Source of the DNA: Klebsormidium nitens
Taxonomy: Eukaryota > Plantae > Klebsormidiophyceae
Direction of reading: 5' to 3'
DNA length: 64,000 nucleotides
NCBI GenBank assembly: GCA_000708835.1
Contig: DF237230.1
Span: 49,363-113,362, forward strand
The notes under the pieces are model-generated. The model worked only from the letters and a program-made list of their open reading frames with translations. It made no database searches and was not told the DNA's origin. Below, piece by piece: positions 1 to 12,700 of the stretch. A program made the translations under genes and the position numbers. Each line of letters starts with the position of its first letter. Position 1 is the first letter of the stretch.

Positions 1-724
1 AACCGGTCACTGGACCAAGGTAGCCAAACGTTCTTCCGTTGGCGGTTGCGGGCCTTCTGCTTAGCCGGAACCATTAGGGTAAGGAAGACGTGGACCGAAG
101 CTTTCAAACAATCCTTAGAGCGCCCGCCTGGTATAGAGGGCGAAGCCGATCAACGAGCCGTAACGAAACGGAGCAACAAGGAGGCTGCCAATGATTTGCC
201 TCTTATAAATCGTCAATCCAAACGTTATGGGCGCTGCGCTTTCAATCGCCAACACTACCAGAACGGCAGGTCGAGCGTCCAACGATACCGATCGTCGGCT
301 CTCAGGCACAGCCACACTAGCTCGTACGACCGCCTGGGTGATGACGTCAGCGATCAAGCACAGCGATTTGAACTGACCGCGGGCGAAAAAGCGCTCCACT
401 CTAAGTGCGTCACTTTGCATAGCTTCCGTAAGTTGTAATAGTATTTGCAGGTACTGTTGAGACGCATGGAGGCCAGGGGCGAGGGTTGTCAGTTTTCTGC
501 AAGCAGGTGGTTTCACGAATGGCCGAAACTTCCTTAGGCCATCCGAAGTTGGACCCCGGTTTCTTTGGTAAATAAGTACACTCTAAATAAACTAGCATGA
601 TACCACCTATTATCTTTTCCCGACCGACCGACCCACCCAGAAGGGGGTTAGAACCGGAAACTAGGAAGTAACTTTGACCCACCTCATGCTCGGAGAAACT
701 AAAGCGTGTTTGTCGATGTGACAG

Positions 725-3700
725 CCCGCTCGTCTCCAATCACGGCTGCGAAGGCGATCAAGAACGAGGGCGAACTGGAGGGGATGCGGCAGGCGCACCT
801 GCGAGACGCGGCCGCTCTGGCCAACTTTTGGGCCTGGCTCGAGAACCTGATTGTGGATGAGAGGAAGTCCATCTCGGAGGTAAGAACAGCGGCTCTTTCG
901 CTGTTTGAATCTCTTGTCATCTTTAGTTCCGTTCGTTTTTGAGATACGGTCGCCCTAACGAACCTCTGGGCACCTGATCGTCTAAGAATAGAAGTCCATT
1001 TTGGAGGTCAGACCTGCGGCTGGTTTTTGGTGTTTCACTTACTTTGTTTCCTGCTTTAGGACAACGGCCGCCCCCGCCAAAGGTCATCACAACTGCTCTG
1101 CTCCGCTACTTCGTGTTTCATATGCTTTCGATCATATGCTTTCGATCTGCTGAGATCAGAAGCGGCCGCGCCTAAAGTATGGGCCTGGCTCGAGAAATCA
1201 GTTGTGCACGAGAAGAAGTCCGTTTCGAAGGTCAGTACAGCGGCCTTTTTCCGGTTTGCGTAAGGATGTGGAGCCAGAATAGAAAAAGTCTAATCATCGA
1301 TGGGATAGACGAGTGGTCCTGTGTCGAGATGCGGCCGCCCCCACGCTTCTCTTGGTCTCAAAGCAAGTTCACCTCGGAGCAGCACATCAGCAGACTCATG
1401 CCGATTATATCCGGTCCCACATCTGGCACTGCCATGTGATCATCGAGCAATCGCACCCACACGTTGTAGGGTTTGGCAATGACGTCCTCCTTGCTTGCGC
1501 AAAAGGCGGAGTGCTATAGCGTCGTCAATTCTCCACTGTTTTCAACATTGAAAAGCAGTAACACACATGCTTTCAGTAGTTGCGTGTGTTACTCCTAAAG
1601 AAATGGCGAAAAATGGCTTCTTTGAAAGCCTTTTGCTAGATTCTGTGCAAAGAAAGCGCTTGGTCAAGTTTCGGGTTTGTTATGCAAGATGTGGGACCGG
1701 TTATAAATGGCATGAGAGAGCGGCTCTTCTTCGCTGTTGTTGTATCATTTTGATTCTTTCACATGTTTCCTATCTCCTTAATCTTCTCTTTGCGGCAAGG
1801 CTGAAGCTAGCCAGACACCTGATCGTACAAAAGCCACCTGGAACTCTGTCTGAAGGTTTCTATTTTGAAGCTTTCGTTTTCTCTCTTTCGGGTTTGTAGC
1901 AATCGCGCGCGTTTGTTCACCCGCTCTTCTATCTACCTTCTTCTGTTACTCGCAGTGATACTGCAACCGCCTCACTGACTTTTCGCTTCAGCGTTACAGC
2001 TTTGCTTGGCGCACTGTAGTGTTTCGTGCCTGTTATTGGTATGAAGCCTAACCGTTTCTTATTCGTATAAAGCCTATTTCTTGTAAACGTCAACCTGCAG
2101 TGCTCAGTATGAAAGAGGCAATGAGCTTGGGTTGCAACCCATGCCCGTGCAGGTAGAAATTGCGGAGAAACTAGAGGGTTTCCGAAAGGAGCAGTCTGGC
2201 TTTCTGGACACGTCCTTTGACACCATCGCGGGCGCTGGACCCAACGGGGCCGTCATCCATTACCGGGCGGAAGAGGGAACATGCAGGTGGGCTCTTTGCG
2301 CTGCGAACCGCTCTTTGTGGCGCTGCTATTCGGCTACGTGGCACACAAAATTGTGACACGATCGTCAGTGTGACTGACACAGGTTCTTCCAAGGCTGCGC
2401 AAGTGTTTCTTCTTTGCTGCTTCTATTTGGCTCTCCTTCGGGCGGTGTTCGTTCTCCGCTTGGCCTGTGCAGCAACCCCGGAAGTTTTGTGTACGGCACC
2501 AACAAGAGAAGAGTTCATTGACGACCACTTCCCATTGTTCGATGCTTCGAAAAGATCGATTCACGTAGTCGCATTATGCGAGATTTGGACTGAAAGTGCG
2601 CTGTTTTGACGTTTTTGCAGAACGTTAGACAGCAGCCAGCTGTTCCTCCTCGACAGCGGCGCTCAGTACGTGGACGGAACGACTGACGTCACCCGGACGG
2701 TCCACTTCGGGGAGCCGTCGTCGCGGCAAAAGGAGGCCGTGACGAGGGTGCTGCAGGTAAGCATGACGTCAGCTGGAGGGGTCACATTCTGGTCATCTTT
2801 CTTTTGTCACGCGTTGTTGAATCCCCTCACTGGGATTTGTGAGCTAAGATCTTTTTAGTGACGAGATCTTAACGGAACGCACAGCAATACTGGCGATGAA
2901 GCAAGGCCTATCATGGTCGCGAGGAATCTGACGCTTAAGAAGCAGAGTGTGAGAACCCGTGGAAGGAGCACGCGGACTACAGTTTTCAGTTCTGGACCCG
3001 CACAACAGCTGTTACCCGGTGCGCGAGCTTCGAAAGACTCAGGTGTAGCTTGAGCGGTAACGTAGCCTTGACTAGTCTGCTCTTGACTGACTGATCGTAA
3101 CCCACCGGGGGCTCGAATACCTGGCATGCAAATACTAGACTGTGACTGGGCGGGCCAAAGCCAAGCGACCGGGTGACCAGAAAAGTAACCAGTCTTTGAG
3201 CCACGCGTACATAGACTACCAATTGGTGTGGGGGTCCAGAATTGAAAACTGTGGTCCACTTTCTCCTTCAATGGGTTCTGTGAGGCTTGTGGGCACGGTA
3301 AGACGGTATCGAACTGCGAGATTGCTGCTGCAGTGCTGGTCGTGGCGCTTGTGCTCTCTGCCCTGATTCCGACCGATGCCAGCTCCCCTGACGTCACATG
3401 CTGTCGGCCATGTTCTGCCCTTGCAGGGCATCACTTTCTGGACTCCCCAGCTGGTCTATCCGTGGTCTACCTCCATCGATATTCATCTCAAAACTCGTAA
3501 ATCCGAACCGCTGCTTGCGCTGAAAATCAAGGTCAATCCGGTTGTTGAAATGAGCGCTTTCAGCGCCCCGTCGCGGTACACAGCTCCTTTCGAGCTCTCT
3601 TTTCCCGCCCGTAAAACGGATGCAGCAAGCCAATTGTGTTCTCATTCCTTTGGGCCCTGCTCGGGGATTGGTCGCAGACACGTCTGGTATGCTGGGCTTT

Positions 3701-6700
3701 CTGCGTACGAGGCTTCAACTGCTACCATGTTCGGATTTGAGATCTTTGGCCTCGAGGAACAGCGCTTCTTGCCTACAGGGCCACATCGCGCTCGACCAAG
3801 CGGTGTTCCCGGAAAAGACGCCGGGTTTTGTGCTGGACGTGTTGGCGCGCCGGGCGCTCTGGAGCGACGGCCTGGACTACCGGCACGGTGAGCCTTTCCA
3901 TCTGTCTCTGTCATCCAATTTATCGGAAATCCTTCTTTCTGTCACGTATTATCGTCCTCTGATGCCACATGTATCATTAGTTATGGGTCAAGATGGGTGA
4001 CAGAGAGCGACAAATTTCTATGCTTGGCTTGGGGTGAGATGTAAGAAACGGCGAGAATGATAAGAGAAGCGTCTTTTGGCTTTCACTTCTTCTTTGCCAT
4101 GGGCAACACGATGTTGAGGCCGTTAGTGCCAGCATATTCTTCAGACTAGACCCATCCCCTCCCTCTAGTTGACAGACTGGGCCCTACCGCACAGCTTCAT
4201 GTGGTTTCGTCTTTTTCCCCACTTGATTGCTCTCATTGAGTACTTTGCTTTGCAACTCAAGACTCTGTCTGTGCTTTGGAAGGTCTTTTTTCTCTCCTTC
4301 TGTTGGGTATGCGGGTGAGATTCCTTCATGATTGCGGTGGGTGTGATGAGGGGTAGAGATTCACCTCAAAATAAGTGAAGTCTTGGCCCTCTTTGAGATG
4401 CCTGATCTCAATCAGCGTCTTGCCCTCATCGGCTTCTCTTTTTCTGAACACCAGTGTCGGGCGCATCCCGCACAGGAATTTCAAATCTAACGAAGCTCCT
4501 CCAGAGAGTGTTGGTTAGCGAGTTCTGTAGTGGACGAACTTGACGTGTCGTAGAGCAATTGCGTTCCCGTGAGTTGCTGTTCGTCCTTTGCACATTCTGA
4601 GACACTCTGAAAGCGTCGTTGTAATCCTGCAAAGACGCACTTGCAGTCGGGGCCCTCTCTTGAGCCGAAATCTTCCGGTTGATGCATCTGGAATGGGAAC
4701 GTGTTTGCGTATGGAGCATCTGAATATCGAAGCACAAGTAAGATAAGAAAGCCACGGCTGTGTGTGGATTTTTCAAACCATTGTCCTTTCAGAAAGTTGT
4801 GGAGGCTTACTGTGCTTACCCTGTTAGTGCCGCTGAAGGAATCCACGGCGCTTATCAAATGTGGATGATATGGCCGTTACGAGCTGAAAGTGAGTCGCAC
4901 GACTCAAGAGCGCTTTGCTGCCTCCGATGGCTGTTCGAGCCTGGGCTCCGTGCAGATTCTTTGCAATTTACCTGGCCTTTGACTTTTTCCAAGTATTATG
5001 AGTTGTTGTTATCAAAGGTCAGCCGCTTCAAGCTTGGCGGGTTCTGCAGTGTGTAAAGTTTCGTGATTACGTACTACCGCTTTGTCTGCGATTTGATTTC
5101 TGCTTTTCCTGGGCGGATGTCACATGGCTTGTCATAACGAAACGGTCCCCAGCCTGGCTGGAATGACTCGCGTTGTGTTTCTTAGAAAGACGTGGACTGA
5201 ATATTTGGGTGTTTGTCGATTGGCCGGCTAATGGATGTGAGCTGGTTGACTCAGGTGGTTAAAGCACGCATAACTGTTTTTTTCCCGTGACAGCTAATTT
5301 TCCCGCTCCGAACATCCTCTTTGTTTCAAAAAGCTGCACAGTCCTCGATCTCACAGACTCAGTACAAAGGTCAACCAACATTTTCAGGATTGTTGACAAG
5401 AACGACGGTTTCAAACGGGTTGATATGCGGACTACCACCTGACGCGTTTGACTCTGTGCAAAGACCCCTTTGCAGTGGAGGTGAGGGGTTAAAGCGGAGA
5501 GAAGCGAAATCTTTTTACTTAATCCGTCGACATTTCTGGATCCAATGTTTGGAAGTCATCCCATACAACATTCGTTATCCTTTGACTTTCAACGTTCACT
5601 AACTCCTGGCTATGACGGCAGGTCCTTGAGTTTCTTAACTCATGCTGAAGTTTGGTCTGATGCTAGGGAAGTCGTAGCGGACGTGCTCGTGCCTCTCTCT
5701 CTAGTTGTCGTCCTCCACGAGTTCAGAACATCTAGATTGATAGACTTCTGCATCCACGAGCAAGTCGCAAGTCGTAACCCTCTCTCACTTACCTTTTTCT
5801 GCAATTCTCGGTACTTAGGCCGAAACTTTGATGGACGTTTGGAGGTCGATTCTTCAAAAGCGTTTGGAAGCTCTTTCCTTGAGCCGCGATCCAGACCCAA
5901 CCCAGTCACGGCTCCGCGATTCAGTTTGCAGTTCGTCGTTGGTGCCTGTGGGTTGCTTGATCTGGGAGAGCCGCTCACTTGCGACTAAACCTGCTCAATT
6001 GCGCTTTCCTTTTCTGCACGGGCAGTTGTGGAGTGCCCGGCCTGCTCATTTGCGACCACGTGTGAATCAAGAAGCCACTAGAAGCGAGCACTCTAGCAGT
6101 GAGAGCTGTTTGGTGTTACCTAAAGACTCTCTCTTTTCAGCCGAATTGCCTTGTTCTTGCGCGCAAAGCTTTGCACTCGGAGTCGAAGCGCCTTCAAGAA
6201 GCGCTCCACGTGCTTAAGACTTTTGTCTAAAGACGCCGCTCGCTACAGTAGCATTTCGGTAAGTTCTTTTCAGCGAAGTCCGGATTGGTTCTCTTCATTG
6301 CGTTCGACGATCGGACCATTACTTGTATCTCGATGGTGATTTCCTCTCAGCTGTGTGCTGCGGGGCTAGGATGAACGACTGTGCTGTGGCTCAGCACGGG
6401 TGGGGTTCAAACTATCAGACCCATCGCAAGACTTTGGGGCGAGAAACATACGTAGAGTGGACTGTCTTTGCTACTTGGGACTTGCAGCAGATTGTTCTCT
6501 GATTTCAGCCTTGACCACATGGCGCACAGTCAGACGGACTCGCAGACAATCACACGCTGGAACGATGTACTCTTTTTCGTCTGCTTGCTTGAAGCTCTTT
6601 TAAAGTCGTGTCTGCGCAGTGGATTGTCCGAGCAACTTAGCTGACATCACCTTTGAATATGATGAGGTGCATCCAACAACTTGCGACCCGTCTTTGCACG

Positions 6701-9700
6701 GATCTATTGTCGCTTGACATAGTGTGTCAATGATCCTGAACTCGCCTGGGTGGTCCTGGCCCATCCTTACTTCAACACGTATCCATAAGTTGCCCAAACA
6801 TGCCTGGCAAGCGTTTTTGGGGGGCGTGACGTTCCTGTTCTTTCTCTTCCATGCGCTCTCTACTCTCTGCGCTTGCCCTTGTATCAACATCATCAGGGCG
6901 CTCGAGAAGAGTCAAAAGAACGGTCGTAAAGTGCGTATGCGATCTGCGTTTAATGAGGCTACGATGCCACTAACTTGGGCAAGTATCCGGCCCATCAACG
7001 TGCTGAGGTGTTGTTGGCTGATGCCAAACACTCCGACGAAAGTTCCTCTGCTTCTACTCACTGCCCGACTCTAACAGGATTGCGGTTCTCAAGATTCCCG
7101 AAATGATGCTTAACACTCCTTTTGCGCGTGTAAAGTCCCCTCCTGGTTATGAGCTGTTGCCCTGACCCTTTGCAGCTTTTCCTAAGTCATTTGACTATGT
7201 TGAGAAGTGGATTGCACTCCAATCAAGCTTTGGCACCGCTGTCAGGAAAGATTATCGCGCACCCTTACTGTGTGCTCAGTCTTTGAAACCATCCCTATCA
7301 AAGTGGGCCTGGCCTCCTTAAGCGCCGTTTCTTGGACCATGGGACAACAGACGGCCCGAGCTTTTCACTGTTTGCTTGTCAACTGACGGAATTCCTTCAA
7401 GAGAGCTCTATTGTTGCAATGGCTATGACGAAGTGAGTCACTGGCTAGCCCAATGCAATCCACTGTCTGTTCTCGGTAGGTTCTACTCAGAGGCCAGCGG
7501 AATGACTTCGAGTTAAAAGTTGGTCTCTCTGCCACTCTTGGCGTTCCGCTTCTGGCTGATTACTCGAGGATGGGCGAGGGACTTTCGGTTGTTCGGTGAC
7601 TGTAAATCCAAGTGCGGTATTCATGCACCTTGCAGCAGAGCTCAATGGTAGGCTTCTCAAAATAAATTTTCGGTTTGATGTCTCCTTTAGAAGACTCAAA
7701 GCTTGTCCGAGTATACAGGCTTCTTTGAGCGCTTCTGGTGCTATTCTCTTTGCACCATGCACCGGGAGAACGTGACCAAAGTCAACGGTTGCGGGTGCTT
7801 TGTGACGTTCGCTGGCGACTCGTGCTCTGCACATGTTGATCCAAGCTTGGTTCAAACGATGACGGAAGGTGGTGTGATATGGGCTCCTCATGCGGTGGTG
7901 ATTGAGTCACACCAAGGGCTTGGAGATACCGGTTGCGCGGTGTTTTGCAACGTTTTGCGGCACGAAAAATTCGAGCCACCTAGCGAACTGACTGCTGCCT
8001 TAAAAACAATTAACTTCTCCTCGTAGTCAATTCAAAGCAGTGCCTAAGATCCTGTTGCCCCGTATCGGACTTCAAAGGTTTTGCCACAAAGCGGCCACGC
8101 CCATGTTCATGCGTGATGGGCTTTGAATACAGGTTTTGCATTTGTTCTCTTGTGGATCGCCCCGACTTGTCAAGTCGGTAAGCGAATCCAATGAAACCCG
8201 ATGGTTGTCCTTTTCAGGTTGACGGCCATTGATGGCTTTGATGCTTGGAAAGGGCGAGGATGGATAAAACGTGGGAAACCGGCGCTACCCACATGCGCGG
8301 CCAGTCCACTGCTGATGCCACAATTTATTTAAAAAAATTCTCAAAATCGTCGTGAAAAAGGATTGTTTGGGCGCCTGACAAATTGCAGTGTTGCTAGAAA
8401 CTCTCCATAGGAGTCGGCCCTCAAAAGGTTCCGTGTCCCGAGTGTGCGACGTCACGCTTTGGTTCGCAGCATGGGCCCTTGCGCCGCTGTTACCCTGCTC
8501 TTTTTGAGAGCGGTTCTCATGTTCGATTGCCTGACTCGGTAGAAGAACGGTTATTACGCCTGGTTGAAGCTGTTTCGCCACTCGGTGATTCTTCAGTTCG
8601 TCATCCGGAGACTGACTGTGATGCACGTACTGGGCAGTTGTTGGTGGGATCCCTAAGGTTCCCATTTTTCCTCATTCTTGGAGGACGAAACCGGTGCCCG
8701 TTTCATTGTGGTTGAGTTTTGCAAGCAGCAGAGACAGAAGTCTGTCCTTTCGGGCAAGTTTTTCACACCATTTTCCCGTCACAACCGCAAGTAGGCACTG
8801 TGGGATAAAACTAGCATCTCTTAGGCGGGCGACGTGGGGCTTGTCCTGCTATGTCCAAGTATGATAGGCGCGCTTTTTCTGCGCAAATCTTTGTATCCAA
8901 CTTGGTGACCTCAGTCTTGTGAGCGGCTAGGACGAGCGTCCGACTGAGGTTTTAAGCTCATAGATGGATGAGGAGATTCCGATGCCGCTGCCTTAGAAGC
9001 ATAGGAGCGCAAAGTATAGTCTCTTAAAAAGTGTCTACGGCTTCTACCCTAGGTATTGTGCGCGCAAGTCCTTCCAGGACAGATTTCACTTTTTTTGTTT
9101 GGATGACGCGTCTTTCTTCTGCTGAATGATTCTGCTCTACTGACTAGAAGCGCGGGACCAACAACAAGCCATTTTCACGAGGACTTGGGCTGATGGCCTG
9201 ATGGAAATGTCAGCATTTCGAACGTTCGCATAAGCGTTTATTTGGCCCAGGGTTCTGGTCCCAACTCAAAGGCCAAGATGGCTTTTCTTCCGTTCGTTCT
9301 TCCTCTTTGCAGACTTGGCTAGGACGATAGTATTGCGCCGCTGCGCAATAGCTCTTCCAGCTCACGTCGCTGACGCCACCTCTACGCCACTTCCTTGTAT
9401 TTGTCGCATCTGAGCCACGTTTCTGCCGTTCGCATCCATGGGGGTCCAGCACTTTTCCAATACGCGGTGCATGCTTCCAATTGACCCCTGTACTTGCGCA
9501 AATGACGCCGGTACCACAATTCATGACTATCTTGCGTTTTTAAGATTCACCTGTTGCAGACGGCCAAGATGAGAAGCGTAGCGGGCTGGTCCACGGTCTT
9601 TATCGTGTTCTGGACAGAAGGCGATGTTTATTCCGTTATCTTGTGTAGGGGAGTTGCGATAGGCAAGGGATTGGGATGATTCGTTGCACTCAAGCTCCAT

Positions 9701-12700
9701 TCTAAGCGTGGGTTTCTCTGACTGGCAGTACCGCATTCCATTTCTGGCAGCTTCGAGCTTCTGTGTCACTTGATCGAGATGAGCCGGGCTTCGTCCCATG
9801 CCTTGATGCAAGGTCCCCGCTATTCGGTGCCCTGTATGCATTTCTGTTTCAGGCGTTCGAGGCTTGCACGTTTTCGGGGTTCTTATGGCTCAGGGTCCAA
9901 AATCGAGTTTGCATCTCGCACACACGTCTTTGCTGGCAAGGACGAAAACGCCACTGAGGTCGCCTCAGAGGGCTGCAACATTCAGGAATGCCGCCTCCAG
10001 CAACACGTCGACACCAAAGCTGGTCAAGTCTCCGCAGCGCGCGCCGCCGCAGGCTGGGTCAATTTGTCATCATTAAGCCTATAGCAGGCCATGATGAGAA
10101 GCACTTGTGCCGCCATCTAGGCACGGGTGTGCATCCTTCACTGACGCCACATAAATCACAACAGTCTGGTCAAAGCAAGCTGGTGTCAATTTTTTAAATG
10201 CTGTGATTGACGGCGTTGCGCCTGCTTCATTAAAGCTCAGGTCACCAAAATATGGGAGGCTGTCGCCAGGGTCAATTCATCAAGCTTCCACCATCGTGCT
10301 TCCGCGTCAAAACTTCTAACGTTTGTTTTTATCGGCGACTGTTCCATTTTGCTTTCGAGACTGCTAGTAGGGCGTTGCCGCGCAAGGAGGGATGTTTCTT
10401 GCCAAAGTGGCCATTGCTAAGTCACCTTTGCTTGATTAGTTCAGCTTCTCAACCCCAAATCAAAATGGGGACGCGACCTCACAAGGTCAACTCGGGACTC
10501 CTTGGTTCTGAGGTCATGGTCTAAACGTTGTACTTTGTAAGCTGAACGTTCCGATCACTGCAAATCCGTGCGAACAATTGATGTGCGCTTTGTTCCCGTC
10601 ACAAGCGCAAGTAGCCACTGTGGGTTAAACCTGCATCTCGTAGGCGGGTGACGTGGGGGTTGTGCTGCTATGTTCAAGTATGATGGGCGCGCTCTTTTTG
10701 CGCAAATCTTTGTATCCAACTTGGTGACCTCAGTCTTGTGAGCGGCTAGGACGAGCGTCCGACTGAGGTTTTAAGCTCATAGATGGATGCGGAGGTTCCG
10801 ACGCCGCTGCCTTAGAAGCGTAGGAGCGCAAAGTATAGTCTTTGAGATAAGTGTCTACGGCTTCTACCTTAGGTATTGTGCGCGCAGGTCCTTCCAGTAC
10901 AGATTTCATTTTTTGTTTGGATGACGCGTCTTTCTCTTGCTAATTGATATTGCGCTGTTGACCAGAAGCGCGGGACCAACAACAAGCCATTTTCACGAGG
11001 ACTTGGGCTGATGGCCTGATGGAAATGTCAGCAGTTCGAATGTGTGCATAAGCGGTTATTTGGCCCAGGGTTGTGGTCCCAACTCAAAGGCTGAGATAGG
11101 ATTTCTGTCGTTCAATCTTGCTCTTTGCAGACTTGGCTAGGACAAGACTGTTGCGCCGCTGCGCACTTCCATTTTGGGGTGACGCGCTGAAGCCACGTCA
11201 ACACTAACCTACTTTGTGGTTGTTCTTCCTTAAGCCACGACTTGCACCGTTTGCATCCGATTGAGGGACAGCGCTCTTCCAATACGCGGTAAAAACTTCA
11301 AGCAGCGGTCCCTGTCGTCGTACAAAAGACGGCAGTGCCAGCATGTTCCTTAACTCATCTGCTGCGATGGCCAAGATGAGAAGCGTAGCTGGCTGCTCCA
11401 CAGTCATATTTGCGCTCGAACAGAAGCCGGTCTTCACTTCTTTTTGAGAGTTGCAAATGGGAAGCGCTTGGGCTAGAGTCGTCGAAGTCAAGTTCCCTTT
11501 CTAAGCGTGGGTTTATGAGACTGGCTGGTACTGCAGTCCATCTCTGCCAGCTTCGAGCTCTTGTTTCTGCTTTTGCGTTAAGACGAGCCATGCTTCTTTT
11601 CATGCTTCTTTTCATGCTGTAATCCAAGGTCCCTGCTATCGGTGCCCTGTATGTATCTGTGTTTCAGGGGTCCCAGGCTTGCAGGGTTTCGGGACTCTTA
11701 TGACTCAGGATTCAGGATGGGTTAGGATCTGGTTGAATATGCATCTCGCACAACACGCCTCTTGCTGGCAAGGACGAAAACGCAACTGAGGGCGCCCCTC
11801 AGAGGGCTGCAACTTTTCAGGAAGGCCGCCTCCAGCACTTTGTCGACATCAAAGCTGTCCACCTTTCAAGTGGGTCAGCAATCTTTTCCTCCCCATTCTC
11901 CCGGCTCGTCGTGCGGACTCGGCCTAGTGCATCCTGTTTTCCAATCCTAGCAACATAAAAACCAGAAATGTCTCAGTTGTAACCGTCCAGATTAGGCTAT
12001 GTCCTGTCCTGAGCATGAGCACGCCGCTCTGCTTTTTCGGTTTTCACTAGCATTTATGAGACCTTCACCAGATCAACGAACCAGTCGTGATGACTTTGAA
12101 TACTTTAGAATACTCGTTTGCCCGTTTACGGAAGCGGCTGGGATGAGGTGCTGTCTGAGGACGCTCTTTCTCATGAGGAGTGACTGTCTCTGAAGCCGCT
12201 CATAAACGCCCGCGATTTGTCCTTTTTCAAGATATGATTCGATGCATCCGCAATGAGTCCGTCTAGGATTTTCGGTGACGAGCTTCAGTTCTCGTTCTCC
12301 GTGTTCAAGATACAAAACTTTGCAGAGATCAATTGAGTAAGCTCGTTGTTGACTGGTTTCTGGAGCTTGCACGTGTGCCACTCCATCAGGGTTTTGCATG
12401 TTTGCCTCTTTACTGCCTCTTCTTTTTATAGGGGGCCAGGACGAGAAAAGTTGAGAGTCTTTCGCATGGTCAAACTCATGTCCTCTGAAGCTGCCCAAAA
12501 CGAGCACATCTTAGGAGAGTCAGACAGAGCAGTACACCAATGGCTGATAAGAGGCGCAGCGTTCCCTTTGTTTTATACTAGTTCACCAAGCTGTAATTCG
12601 AAAACAGCTCCAAACTCAATACAAAACCACTGGCTTCTGTAGAAAGCCTCCTTGGTGTACGAACGCTTGCTCCCAGTTATTGCCTCTGGCTGGCGTCTCC

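Noticed and set aside
3415-3480. Possible very old echo of the acceptor and start of the 3779 exon (TTGCAG|GGC...Q.VYP..T)
   Set aside because: Similarity is too weak to separate from chance by eye.
5238-5300. tRNA D-arm-like string GACTCAGGTGGTTAAAGCA
   Set aside because: No T-loop (TTCGA) or pairing acceptor stem follows.
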